A stretch of 64,000 nucleotides of DNA from an uncultured Nitrososphaerota archaeon (GCA_963799845.1 CAWCYI010000006.1:992001-1056000), one strand, 5' to 3'; positions 51,345 through 61,540 are shown, counted from the stretch's first letter. Notes: generated by a model not told the origin, from the sequence alone. Numbers and translations: made by a program.

Positions 51345-52637
51345 TTGTCCTCATTCGCATCGGCGGAAGATCTGGTACCTCTCTTTCATCAACTAGGGCT
51401 TAATCTCTACGAATCCAAGGCGTACGCCACCCTACTTGCAAAAGGGCATGTCTCTCCGAGGGAGCTTGGCGGGTTGACATCCATCCCCCAAAGCAGAACT
51501 TACGACACTCTCTTGAGCCTGAAGGGGAAGGGTTTTGCCCTAACCACTCCTTCATCGTCGATGGCGGTCTACACAGCCGCTGATCCTTCGAAGCTCCTCT
51601 CAAGCCTATACTCAAAGAAAAGGAAAGAGATCCAGGAACAAATGATAAAGCTCCACGAGGAAACGGAACGTAAGCTCGAGACTCTCTACGATGTCTATTC
51701 ACAGGCATTGGAGAAGGTCGCTTCACTTTCTGAACAACGGCCAGCCCAGATTGCAACCGAGCCCGTCTTTGTAATCGAGGGCAACGACAACATCGAGAAT
51801 GCCATGCTGACAATGATAGGCAAGGCGGAGAAGGAGTTTCTTCGAATCACAAGGCCTCCATCGATCGGGAAGTGGATGTTTGACCCTTTTTACTTCACGA
51901 AAGGACGAACATCTGGCCGTCTGAACGAAGCGCGAGAGCGGGGAGTAGCAATTCGAACGCTCAGTTTACCGAGCGAGATTCCCTCGCTGCTAGGATTACA
52001 TATCGAAGTCGAAGAATTCAAGGAAAGGAGGTATCTTGACAAGGCCGACGACATTTACGAAAAATTTATTCTCGTGGACGAACGGATTGCACTTCTCAAT
52101 CTCAGAGATCCTGTATCGAAGACTTTCGGCTCTATTGCGCTCATGATTGAATCAAAGCCGACATGCTCGATTCTTAAGCAACACTTCGAGGTAATGTGGA
52201 AAAAGGGGAACAACGTTTCAAACATAGTGAAAAGAATGAATGAAGCAACAATAGAAGCGTGTCTCGCGATGAGGGAGACAGATTTTCCCAAACTAGAATG
52301 CGCGATATACAAAATCCTTGCAAATGAAGGCGCGATGGATGAAGACTCCCTTGCAACTCGGCTCGCGGTAAGGGGTCGAACCTTGACGGAAGTTCATCAA
52401 GTCTATCAAAAAACTCGACAAGCGAGGTTTCCTACTTGGAAGCGATTCGCCAAAGCTTGTAATGGCAGAGAACCCTCTGAAGCTCCTTTCGGATCTTGGT
52501 CGCAAGAGGACTCGAAGCACAGCGAGTTCAAAGAAGGTGAGAGGTTAGACAGAAAAGTCGATTCTACTGATAGATGCTCTGAAAAGATAACTCGAGTTAA
52601 TTCAGCTAAGAATTATTCTTTGAAAGCTCAGCAGTAA
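51345..52637 (+). CDS. TrmB-family transcriptional regulator with extra C-terminal wHTH (frameshift near 52395)
   Basis: LGLNLYESKAY..IPQSRTYDTLLSLKGKGF; effector domain KFILVD; second HTH ECAIYKILANEG. Confidence 0.85.
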   Translation: MSSFASAEDLVPLFHQLGLNLYESKAYATLLAKGHVSPRELGGLTSIPQSRTYDTLLSLKGKGFALTTPSSSMAVYTAADPSKLLSSLYSKKRKEIQEQMIKLHEETERKLETLYDVYSQALEKVASLSEQRPAQIATEPVFVIEGNDNIENAMLTMIGKAEKEFLRITRPPSIGKWMFDPFYFTKGRTSGRLNEARERGVAIRTLSLPSEIPSLLGLHIEVEEFKERRYLDKADDIYEKFILVDERIALLNLRDPVSKTFGSIALMIESKPTCSILKQHFEVMWKKGNNVSNIVKRMNEATIEACLAMRETDFPKLECAIYKILANEGAMDEDSLATRLAVRGRTLTEVHQVYQKTRQARFPTWKRFAKACNGREPSEAPFGSWSQEDSKHSEFKEGERLDRKVDSTDRCSEKITRVNSAKNYSLKAQQ

Positions 52638-52976
52638 TTCCCGCGGCGGTCATTTCAATGCCCTCGGCAGGGTGATCGCCAACTACTCATGCATCATGTC
52701 CCGGTGGCACAGAACACACGTCCCCTGGTCCGCTTTCAAATTCGGTTCCGTCTTTCAGCTTCCAGTGTAACCTACCCGAAATCTGATATTGAAGGTGGGA
52801 AACCTCGCACCACTCTGTCTTGACTATCGGCTTAATATCACTCGACCATCTCCACCCCTTTTGAGCTACAAACCTGGCTACTTTCATGCGTCCGACGTTA
52901 ACCAGTTCTATCTTTGCGCGCTCCATTTCTCTATCTCTTTCGAGTCTGAAACATTCTTCTGCTCATAGCTAGGCAT
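52606..52976 (-). pseudogene. Cupin-domain protein with a frameshift and a TGA where TGG is expected
   Basis: GWRWS..IKP..TEWCEVSHLQY..GPGDV..VPPGHDA*VVGDHP. Confidence 0.75.
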
Positions 52977-53570
52977 GGCGCATCTCTCTCAATGCCATTT
53001 TTGTTTTTGTCTTGTTGTTCGTCATTCATCAAACAACAGCGTGTATTAGGGGTCGGGTCCAGTTAGTCTAAGAAAAGCATGAGGCAGAGATTGGCAAGGT
53101 CCCCAAGGGAGCAGGTATTTATGGAAGGTTGATGCCAGAAAATGGTAGAACGCGCTTGACAACCTTCCGATCGGAAACCGGGTTTTTTGTTTTCTACTCC
53201 GTACTCGGCTTTTGTTTTGTCTGCGTTCCCGTTGAAGCAATCGGGAAAGCTGTGGGCATGAGCATTGAAACTCTTCTCATCACGTTGCTGGCATTCACAA
53301 TCGGATCAGCAACGTTGCTCAGCATGAATTCGCACGCTGCAGCGAAAGAAGAACCATAACGCCAAATGAAAGTTATACCATTAGAAGGATCCTTTGCGAA
53401 GTCTTCCGTGATGAAAATTGCTTCTCGTCGAGAAAGTCGATCACCGAAGCACTGTGTATGAGTAACTACTCAGCGACTAACATCGATTCGAGCGACAGAT
53501 GCATAAATAGGTAGAGCAAATTCTCTAAACTTTTTTCAGTCCTTTTAATACCAGTTCCCATTGATTCATA

Positions 53571-53745
53571 AAGAAAAAAATTTTCTGCGTTTCTACACAC
53601 GTGAGCACATTTTAGCCGAAGAGCTGACGTTCAAGCTCTGTTCAATTGAAGCAGCTCAGAACTAGCACTGTAAGCTCAGAAGAGCTGACGGACAAGCTCG
53701 AAGACCTGATGAACGCTTCAGATGAAAGAGCTGAACCTAGTTCGG
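53571..53745. repeat. Dispersed palindrome-cluster repeat R5, copy a
   Basis: GCCGAAGAGCTGACGTTCAAGCTCTGTTCAAT shared exactly with ~62508-62539. Confidence 0.8.
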
Positions 53746-53848
53746 GGAAAGACCGCTTTCAAACCAAGCTATGACCCTTTACAGGAACATTGCGATATTG
53801 ATGAATACAGGGCTAGTGCAACAAAATGCTGGAGGAACGCAGGAGAGG

Positions 53849-53989
53849 TTAGTGTCCCCTCGCCCTGGCTCTTGCCGCGGCCCTCCCGCCCTTTCTTGCT
53901 ACTTCTATCCGCTTTTCTTTTGACATTGCTGCGAAACCCGTCTTCAGTTTCTTACTCCCCGTCTGTCCACTCGCTTTCTTACTCTTCAT
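53849..53989 (-). CDS. KGG-motif general stress peptide, copy 2 (46 aa)
   Basis: MKSKKASGQTGSKKLKTGFAAMSKEKRIEVARKGGRAAARARARGH fits the GFAxMxxExxxExAxKGG pattern. Confidence 0.75.
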   Translation of the reverse strand: MKSKKASGQTGSKKLKTGFAAMSKEKRIEVARKGGRAAARARARGH

Positions 53990-54095
53990 GGAGATTTATC
54001 GTGTGTAGCACAAACCGCCCTATTATTATCATATTTGGTTAGTACAGATTTGTTACACGAAGTTTTCTGAGCAGTAGTCTGGAAGGTCGATCCGG

Positions 54096-54605
54096 CTAGA
54101 TTATCAATTTCTGAATGACCAGCGCGGCTCTCACGGAAAGAATCAAAGAGGAAACTACGAAAGCAAGCTCATTCGTAATCAGATTTCCCAGGCCAATGAG
54201 GGCTATCCAATCGGCTGCCTGTCTCGTCCACCAATAATTTGGATAGGGATTGAAGTAAAGAGAGATCTCGAACAGAAAGATATTCAGACTCAGGAATAGA
54301 AAAACTGAATCCAATACAGTTCTCAGATTGAGGTTCTTATCGATTTTGAGAAGAACAAAACCAAGGGTAGCGAACATCAGAGCAATCGTAATGACGATTC
54401 CATCGATGAGCCCGTTGGGAATGAGGTGATGCATCCCAAATGCCGCAGCCGACCAGAAAACGGTCAATCCCGAAACGACAAGCGCGAGACCAATCTGCTT
54501 TTCCGCAGTGAAATCCATGTCGAGTTTTAGCATGCAGAAATTGAGAGAGACGCAGTACCCGAGTTTTTTTAAGAATTCGCTTTCCTTGCCCGGAATTGAG
54601 TTCAA
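54096..54605 (-). CDS. Hypothetical 4-TM membrane protein
   Basis: Four hydrophobic segments; start uncertain. Confidence 0.6.
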   Translation of the reverse strand: MNSIPGKESEFLKKLGYCVSLNFCMLKLDMDFTAEKQIGLALVVSGLTVFWSAAAFGMHHLIPNGLIDGIVITIALMFATLGFVLLKIDKNLNLRTVLDSVFLFLSLNIFLFEISLYFNPYPNYWWTRQAADWIALIGLGNLITNELAFVVSSLILSVRAALVIQKLII

Positions 54606-54638
54606 AACATATTTTTGGAGAATTCAGGGAAAGCTGAC

Positions 54639-55526
54639 TCATCTCGTGACTAGAACTGAACTGTTCGCATAGTGGACAACGCCGTTAGCCACGCTTCCGA
54701 GGAGCACCTTCCTGAGGCCCCCAATCCCGCGCGTGCCAACTACGATTAGGTCGAACTTTCCCTCGTCGGCAAACTTGGTAATTGCCAAAACGGGGCTGCG
54801 ATTGTTGTCAATCACCTTCGTGGTTGCGATAACACCACTCTCCGTTGCTACCTTGCTCGCTTCGGAAACGATCCGCTCGCCATACTCTCTGAGATCGTCA
54901 TAGATTTTGTCTATCGTTGGCACCCATCCCATATACGCGACCGGCTGCATGTAGACGACATACGCGATTGTAAGATCTGCCCCCACGCTCTTTGCAATAC
55001 CGACCGCAAATTCGACGGCTTTGTTTGCGCTCTTAGATCCATCTGTTGCGACAAGTATTCGTCGCAGCTCTATCTGAATTTTGTAAACTCTCTTTCTAAC
55101 CACCAGAACGGGACAGGATGCGTGATTCAAGAGGTTTGTAGAGACGCTACCTAGGACCATTCTTCGAAACCCTCCCACACCTCTTGTTCCAGCAACCATG
55201 AGATCGACTTTCTCGTCGGTTGAGAAATCAATTAACGAGCCAGCGATTGAGTCCTTGGAGCGGAGAATCCTGGTCTTCGCCTCGATTCCCTGCTTGTTCA
55301 GCTGTGACTCCATCTTCAGGGCTTCGATGTTGGCCTTGTTTTCAATACTCGCTTCGTACTCCTCCCTAACGGGGGCCGTCAGGATAGTGATTGATGGCAG
55401 GACGTGTGCTATGATGACTTTGGACTTGTAACCTTTGGCTAGTATCGTCGCAAACGCGCAGGCTTCTTTCGAATTTGGAGATCCGTCAAAAGCAACCAGA
55501 ATCTTATGAAAATCTGTGAGCCCCAT
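54639..55526 (-). CDS. Tandem-domain universal stress protein
   Basis: Two USP domains (ILVAxDGS; GTRGxGG..LGSV). Confidence 0.93.
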   Translation of the reverse strand: MGLTDFHKILVAFDGSPNSKEACAFATILAKGYKSKVIIAHVLPSITILTAPVREEYEASIENKANIEALKMESQLNKQGIEAKTRILRSKDSIAGSLIDFSTDEKVDLMVAGTRGVGGFRRMVLGSVSTNLLNHASCPVLVVRKRVYKIQIELRRILVATDGSKSANKAVEFAVGIAKSVGADLTIAYVVYMQPVAYMGWVPTIDKIYDDLREYGERIVSEASKVATESGVIATTKVIDNNRSPVLAITKFADEGKFDLIVVGTRGIGGLRKVLLGSVANGVVHYANSSVLVTR

Positions 55527-55716
55527 ATTCTCTTCTCGCACCGAACAGCTGCAAACTATTCTTCAAATAAGTACTTAAGCAGATGATATGGTTCTCGAAA
55601 TCGAGAATAGTCAACTGGAATTGGAACGAGAGCATTATCACAGTTGAGAATCGTATCGCCTTGTTATATAACTCGCATTCGCTAAGATCAGTAAGCGAAA
55701 AGGAGAGTTGGATTCA

Positions 55717-56013
55717 ATGGAAAAGACAGAGGTATATGAGGTTCCCAACGAAGAAGAGATCGAGAAGGATATGGAGGCGCTCGAGCAGGCACTTCCCTTC
55801 GAGGATTACGAAAAAGACCAGGAAAAACTGAGAAAGATCATTGGGCAACTTGAGAAACAGTACGATCAAAGAGAGAAGTGCATAGACCACATCATGAAAT
55901 ATGGCACCGGTATCGAAAGCGAGAAGGCTCTGAGAATGTTTTCAATTCCCGTTCTGGAAAAATGGGAAGATAGCTTGGAGAGCTTCCGCGCAGAGAAACT
56001 GATGAAAAAGTAG
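55717..56013 (+). CDS. Hypothetical acidic helical protein
   Basis: ~98-aa ORF preceded by TTATATAA and GGAG. Confidence 0.6.
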   Translation: MEKTEVYEVPNEEEIEKDMEALEQALPFEDYEKDQEKLRKIIGQLEKQYDQREKCIDHIMKYGTGIESEKALRMFSIPVLEKWEDSLESFRAEKLMKK

Positions 56014-56076
56014 GCCCCTATTCCAATCTTTCTCTCAGTTTGAAATCAGAAGGGTAAGTGGAAATTCGGCTGAAAT

Positions 56077-57048
56077 TTAGATCTTGCCGAAGACCAAGTT
56101 GTTTATTCTGGACCAGATCTTCTGACCGGGCCCCTTCTTTGGTTTCGGCTTCTTTTCTTTCTTCGCCGCGCGCACGACCCACGTACTTCGCTCACCCCTG
56201 GATTTCGAGCGGCTGATCCTTTGCGACTCCAGGATGACGCTCGTCATCCCCAATACAACAGAAATCAGAAGCGCAAACCCGTAGTACAGAACAAATTCAA
56301 AGTCCGGCTTCAGCCCAGTCGCGCTCCACAATTCCAAGTGAACGAAAGCCATTACCGCGCATGCGCTCAGCATTCCCACAGAAGGAATGCCAAAGAAAAT
56401 AACCGGGTATTTCAGAGCAATCAGACTCGTAATTCGATCTAGCATCGGTTCCGCGCTTTTTTCCCTCACAGTTACTTGCGGAGACTCAAGGGCGTCGATC
56501 CTCGGATATTCTTTGACCCTGAGCCCCTGCTGGTCCGCGAATTCGAGAACATCGCTTTCTCCTACCACGCTCGTCGTACCGGGAGGTGCGATCATCGCAA
56601 GCGCTCTCTTTCCATATACCCTCAGGAGCGATTCGGGATCGCTCAGACCGGCAGCCGCTCCGGAATCTCTAACGGAATCAATGACTCTGGAACCAATAGC
56701 GATGTCACAATCTCCGCTGCGTACAGCTTTAAGCAGAGTTTCCAAATCTTCAATCTTATAACAGGCACCGGTCTCGAGGGTTATCATCTCGCCTGCCCTC
56801 AGCCTTCTTGCCGCAAGAAAAAGTGAGGTGATGCAATCCGATCTGCCGAGCATCCTCGGATGTTTTATTACCTTGCACCCAAGTGCCCTTGCAATATCTT
56901 CGGTCGAATCCGTAGATCCATCATCGCAGATCACAACATCTCCGAGCCCTGAGAGCTTGACTATCGTCTTGGCAATCGAATCCTCCTCGTTGTGGGTCGG
57001 TATCCCGATGATTATTCTCGATTCCTGAATTCCAGGCTTTGAATCATG
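56077..57048 (-). CDS. GT2 (DPM1-like) glycosyltransferase with degenerate DxD and 2 C-terminal TMs; 5' indel
   Basis: IIGIPTHNEE upstream in frame; CDDGSTDST; DIAIGSR; DxD position reads LETG. Confidence 0.75.
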   Translation of the reverse strand, partial: HDSKPGIQESRIIIGIPTHNEEDSIAKTIVKLSGLGDVVICDDGSTDSTEDIARALGCKVIKHPRMLGRSDCITSLFLAARRLRAGEMITLETGACYKIEDLETLLKAVRSGDCDIAIGSRVIDSVRDSGAAAGLSDPESLLRVYGKRALAMIAPPGTTSVVGESDVLEFADQQGLRVKEYPRIDALESPQVTVREKSAEPMLDRITSLIALKYPVIFFGIPSVGMLSACAVMAFVHLELWSATGLKPDFEFVLYYGFALLISVVLGMTSVILESQRISRSKSRGERSTWVVRAAKKEKKPKPKKGPGQKIWSRINNLVFGKI

Positions 57049-57483
57049 CCGTGCGCTATTTCTGAAAGCCGGATCCTGTTCTCAGCTGCTGTTGCGAAAG
57101 AATGGCAGTCTTCTGAGGCCCGTCCTCCGAATCCGTGCTACTTGATTCTTTCCGCCAAAAGAATTTGCCCGATGGAGATTCCGACAAAATGCTAAATCTT
57201 AGATTAAACGGCCCATTCCGAAAATATCTACTTGCCGGAATAACAATTATTCTTGGCATCGGAACGCGTTCGAGAGATAGATTAGTGATCTGATTTGGTA
57301 GGAAGGATTGGGAAATCAGATAACGACAGTTGCTTTTGCTAAAATCTGATGGAAGAAACTTCCAAGAGAATCGGATCTTCAGTCGAACAGAAATGATCTT
57401 CATTGCAAAAGCTATTTCCAGGCCAGCAATGCATAATTAAATCGGATATACCGTCTTTGGATACATTGCCGTCCCCAAAGGCC

Positions 57484-58407
57484 ATGGGCCTTGTCCTGGC
57501 ATTGATCATCGTTGGTATCACGGCAGGTGCTCTTCTTGTGAGTTCTGGCGTCGCAACGCCGGGATCTTCCACGGGATTGAGTTCCGAACCACAAGCAGAA
57601 ACTTCTGTCGTTATTCAGACGGTCGACCTAACTCAGACATATTCGGTGACCACAACAATACCAGATGTCGGCAGCTCCACGGTCACGGTTACCACTTCAT
57701 CCACTGCTCTAAATTATTCTCAAACGACTGTTCGAGTGTACCTCTCGAATTTTTCGACTGACGTCGTCACCGCTAGCTCCGTCTCGTATGTAACAAGCAC
57801 GATCTATTCCATCGGCCAACAATATTCGTACGTGACAAAAACTGTAGGGACAACCAGTCTTACAACGACTATCACCGTCAACTCCGGCTCTGCTCTAACG
57901 ACCGTAACTGCGACAACCACCCCTACGGTAACATCGACAGAATTTTCGACGGTCACTGTCTCCACCGGTACGTTGACTGGAAGCACCACTGTGTTTTCTA
58001 CGACTACAGTACCTGGTGCAACATCCACGACTACCATTGTGATTCCTGGGACTACGGTAACTCAAACTACGGATATCCCCGGTACTTCCACTACTGTTAC
58101 TCATTTTGTTACCTCGACCATCTCCGGTCCAACGAGCACTGTAAGCGAGACGATAACTAGCAGTCTACCGGGAATTTCGACGACCATCGTCGAGACAATT
58201 ACCACAACTATTCCAAGCAGCACGACGATCACCGAAACCCTTCCCGGTACGACCGAAACAACAACTTCGATTGGCTCGACGACTCTGACCTTCACGACTA
58301 CGCTCCCTGGAACAGACTCGACGGAAACTACCACGATCACGGTTCCCATAACCACCACCGAAACTGATACCGTAACAACGACGGAAACTTGCACGACTTC
58401 ATGTTAA
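57484..58407 (+). CDS. Membrane-anchored Thr-rich surface protein
   Basis: N-terminal TM; T/V/S-rich with PG-T periodicity; C-terminal CTTSC. Confidence 0.7.
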   Translation: MGLVLALIIVGITAGALLVSSGVATPGSSTGLSSEPQAETSVVIQTVDLTQTYSVTTTIPDVGSSTVTVTTSSTALNYSQTTVRVYLSNFSTDVVTASSVSYVTSTIYSIGQQYSYVTKTVGTTSLTTTITVNSGSALTTVTATTTPTVTSTEFSTVTVSTGTLTGSTTVFSTTTVPGATSTTTIVIPGTTVTQTTDIPGTSTTVTHFVTSTISGPTSTVSETITSSLPGISTTIVETITTTIPSSTTITETLPGTTETTTSIGSTTLTFTTTLPGTDSTETTTITVPITTTETDTVTTTETCTTSC

Positions 58408-58594
58408 TAGGCCTGGCTTTCGTCTAGAGCATATCGTTGATTCAGTCTCTTATTGGTGCGAACACAAGGCGACTGGAAACGGTCTAGATCCAATTAAACG
58501 AGGGCCGCGCTAGGAATTCATCTCGGTCAGGTAATAGAACAAAAATCAGTTCTATCTTAAATAACTGAAAAGACCCGCAAGTTCCCGAATAGTG

Positions 58595-58717
58595 ATGTCC
58601 GAGAACGACGAGGAAAAAGCCGAGGACGAGTGGGAAGAAAAAATCGCGAAAAAGCCACCACTTCCGAAGAAGCTCGGGAAAGCGAAAAAGGACGATTCCA
58701 ACGAAGAAGTTGGCTAG
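58595..58717 (+). CDS. 40-aa charged microprotein
   Basis: MSENDEEKAEDEWEEKIAKKPPLPKKLGKAKKDDSNEEVG; CTTAAATA TATA-like box upstream. Confidence 0.4.
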   Translation: MSENDEEKAEDEWEEKIAKKPPLPKKLGKAKKDDSNEEVG

Positions 58718-58789
58718 TTTTCATTCCCTCTCAAGGAATCAAAGGGAGCATGGAATATTTCGTCTAACTCAGAAAAAAATCGAATAACT

Positions 58790-58978
58790 TTGACCGTCAA
58801 ATGCCCTGTCAAAGAATGCACTCAAAGCTATCCCGTATATTCCTACTCTTTAGCGTACCACATTCATCAAGATCACAAGCTGGCAAACGCGAAAATAAAA
58901 ATCCGCTTTAATTCCAAAAACGAAGCCTACGCCGAATTACACCAACAACCGAATTTTGACAGTGAGAAATTTGACTGA
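58790..58978 (+). CDS. Small C2H2-type zinc finger protein
   Basis: CPVKEC...LAYHIHQDH. Confidence 0.55.
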   Translation: MTVKCPVKECTQSYPVYSYSLAYHIHQDHKLANAKIKIRFNSKNEAYAELHQQPNFDSEKFD

Positions 58979-59106
58979 AACGACGAAGATTTGACTGAAC
59001 CATAAATTTCCGTCGTCTTGCGGTCGCGCAGGTCTTTTTAGCGTGCCCGTGAACCAGCTTTACTTCCTAAAGCCATTGATTTATTTTCATTGATATATTA
59101 TGCGAT

Positions 59107-59186
59107 TTTCTCCTTTTTCTACACGGAGGCGCAATTCTGCGTACCGAAGAGCTCGTTTCAAGCTCTGTTGGCCGCTAACAGCTTGA
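59107..59186. repeat. R5 copy b (short)
   Basis: TTTCTACAC...CCGAAGAGCTCGTTTCAAGCTCTGTT. Confidence 0.65.
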
Positions 59187-59200
59187 TTTTGGGACTTCTA

Positions 59201-60324
59201 ACCTGGCCGACATAAGTTCATAGACACCTGTTGGTCAGAAGGAATTTCTTCATGTCAAGATGCGAGCAAAACCTTCGCGTTCGATAGTATTCTGCCAGGA
59301 TTGATTTCAGTTCTTTCAATGACGTCGGAAAGGTTGGAAGCCTTGAGAGATCCTTCTCACCCTCGCGCCAACACTCCTCCATCATGTTGAACTCTGGCGA
59401 AGCTGTCGGGATCCATCTGACTCTGAGAGTCTTCCTGTTCTTACCCAAATAATCAGTTACGATCCTGGTTTTGTGGTGTTGCCTTGCTTTGTCAAGGAAG
59501 AGATAGAGTGATCCAAACTTCCTGTGCACCTTCTTCAGGTAGTCGAGGAATGTCTCGCCATTGAATTTCTCGTACTGCCTGAAGATTTGTGTCCCGTCCA
59601 GGCTGATCGCTCCAAACACCACGGTGTTGCCGTGCGAGCCTGACACAATCCGAATCGGTCGAATCCCTTTGACCGCCCACACCCTTTTGGTTTCTATGTT
59701 CTGGACGAAGATTGATTCGTCTTCGGATGCTACGGTGAAGCCTTCCGGGATATTCCTGAGGAGTCTTGCGGTCCTTTTTTAAATTCGAGCCTCTCTTCGA
59801 GGGAAGCCTTGTGAAGTAACCTCTTGTCAGGGACAATTGCTCTCACTCCCCACTTCTGCATCAACCTGTAGATGTGTCTCTCAGTGTATGCCACGTCTGC
59901 TTCCTTGCGGATCATCTCCCTGACCTCCTTCACGGTCCAGCCGCATTCGTTCTTCACGACCTTCCTCTTCACCGCAATGAACTTGTTGTGATCGAGCTTC
60001 GGAGGTCTCCCGCTCCTTTCCATCGTCTTGAGTCCTTCTAGCCCATCTTTCTCGAAACGTCTAAGCCACGGTGTCGTCCATGATTTGTGCCGGTGAACTT
60101 CCCTTGCTACGTGCGACGCCGGGACACCCTCGTACTTGACCTTCAGAACGAGGAATATCCTCTTGCTTACGTTTGCGTCCCTCTCCTCTCTATAAGCCTC
60201 TTCAACAATCTCCTTCGGTGCCTGTAATCGAGACATACAACCTGAGATAGGAAGGGAAGTTGGCCAAAAATGAGAATGTCTAGGTCTGTGGCCCTTTCAG
60301 TCTAATAATTTATGTCGGCCAGGT
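59201..60324 (-). mobile_element. Intact IS630-family insertion sequence (1124 bp)
   Basis: Perfect 15-bp IRs ACCTGGCCGACATAA / TTATGTCGGCCAGGT with TA duplication in a CTAG target. Confidence 0.93.
59218..60236 (-). CDS. IS630 transposase (HTH ORF plus DDE ORF joined by a -1 frameshift)
   Basis: RSGRPPKL HTH region; TTTAAAAAAG shift site near 59775; D(EDES), D(FLDKA), E(SPEFNMMEECW). Confidence 0.9.
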
Positions 60325-60420
60325 TAGCAAGAGGTCATGAGTTTGAAAGTTACTTTTGAAAATCACTGGGCTACGCAGGTCTCTTGTTTGCACCTAAAAA
60401 TCCATGGAGAGGAAGTCCGC

Positions 60421-61020
60421 CTACACCCTAGTAATTGAGGAGATCCAAGCGCGCCCTCCATCCTTATGGAAGTTGGTTTCGAAGCGAGCATCTTTGATGT
60501 AATTTATCGACCAACCCCCGGAAAAGCTCTCTTCAATTTCTAGTCTAGTGACCCGCCTTGGTCCTCCCCAGCTTAAAGGTTCAAGATCGCTGAAACAAAG
60601 CATGAAGTATTTTCCATTCACAGTAAGGACGGATCGAATGCTCCTTACGAATTTTCGACGCTGGATATCCGTGAATGTGTGAAACAGCCCGCAGTCGATC
60701 GCGTTGTCAAAACTCCTCCTCAATTCTGAAAGATCAAGTGCGTCCGCAGTTTCGAAGGTCACGTGCTTGATTTCGCGCTCTCTTGCTTTCTCCTTGGCTT
60801 TCTGTATCGCCCTCGTCGATGAATCCACACCGACGACGTCGTGCCCACGAGATGCGAAAAAAAGCGAATTCTCTCCGGTTCCGCAGCCAACATCCAGCAC
60901 CGAGCCTTTGACTTCGCCATTCCGTTCCAGCAGCACAAATTCCCTTTGAGGGCGGCCGATGTCCCAGGGAGGAGTGCCTCTGTAGGACTCGTCAAATTCG
61001 TTCGTTGCTTGAATCTCCCG
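60421..61020 (-). CDS. Class I SAM-dependent methyltransferase
   Basis: PPWDIGRPQ upstream in frame; VLDVGCGTG; DCGLFH; start codon unclear. Confidence 0.9.
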   Translation of the reverse strand, partial: REIQATNEFDESYRGTPPWDIGRPQREFVLLERNGEVKGSVLDVGCGTGENSLFFASRGHDVVGVDSSTRAIQKAKEKAREREIKHVTFETADALDLSELRRSFDNAIDCGLFHTFTDIQRRKFVRSIRSVLTVNGKYFMLCFSDLEPLSWGGPRRVTRLEIEESFSGGWSINYIKDARFETNFHKDGGRAWISSITRV

Positions 61021-61273
61021 AGATCGTTATGAGGGCTTCATCATGAAAATGTTTGGGCGAGAACTTGAAACGAAAAAAGAAGCCAAAACTAGTTAGGAAT
61101 GAGCCAAATCTGGAGACTTCTGTTTCTCATTTTCCAGAATCGGAAACTGCTTTGCTGAATTTTTTGCACTCTTGCAATTTTAACTGATCGAAACAGCATT
61201 TCAATTTTCGAAACATGCCGGAGCTCGATACTATTTTTGGCGATCAGTTAAAATCGTTGAGAAAAGAGTTAAT

Positions 61274-61477
61274 TTGTGTGATCTTGAATTGTGCATGAAC
61301 CCGTCAGCGGTCAATCCCCGAAACGTGTCAGAAATCAGCTCAGCGCTTGAATCTCATCAGTGGGAAACCAAGAGTGCAGACAAGAGTCCGCTGGGAATAA
61401 TATCAAGGTTCGCGTGCGCAAATTGCGGCGACGAGTATGTAGCTGATGCTAACTTCAAGAAGAAACCTCGAAGATAA
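61274..61477 (+). CDS. Small putative metal-binding protein
   Basis: HQWE...FACANCG pattern. Confidence 0.4.
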   Translation: MCDLELCMNPSAVNPRNVSEISSALESHQWETKSADKSPLGIISRFACANCGDEYVADANFKKKPRR

Positions 61478-61540
61478 GACTGCCCAACTCGAAGTGAGCG
61501 CCGAGAATGTTGTCTTGAGTTAGGTTCTCGAACGTCTCAT

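Noticed and set aside
52687-52689. Selenocysteine TGA in the cupin
   Set aside because: The position is the Trp of HDAWVVG, so it is a TGG-to-TGA nonsense change or error.
53705-53730. Hammerhead ribozyme core (CTGATGA...GAAA)
   Set aside because: Stem II cannot pair properly and stems I/III were not found; the same holds for CTGATGA near 17578 and 31854.
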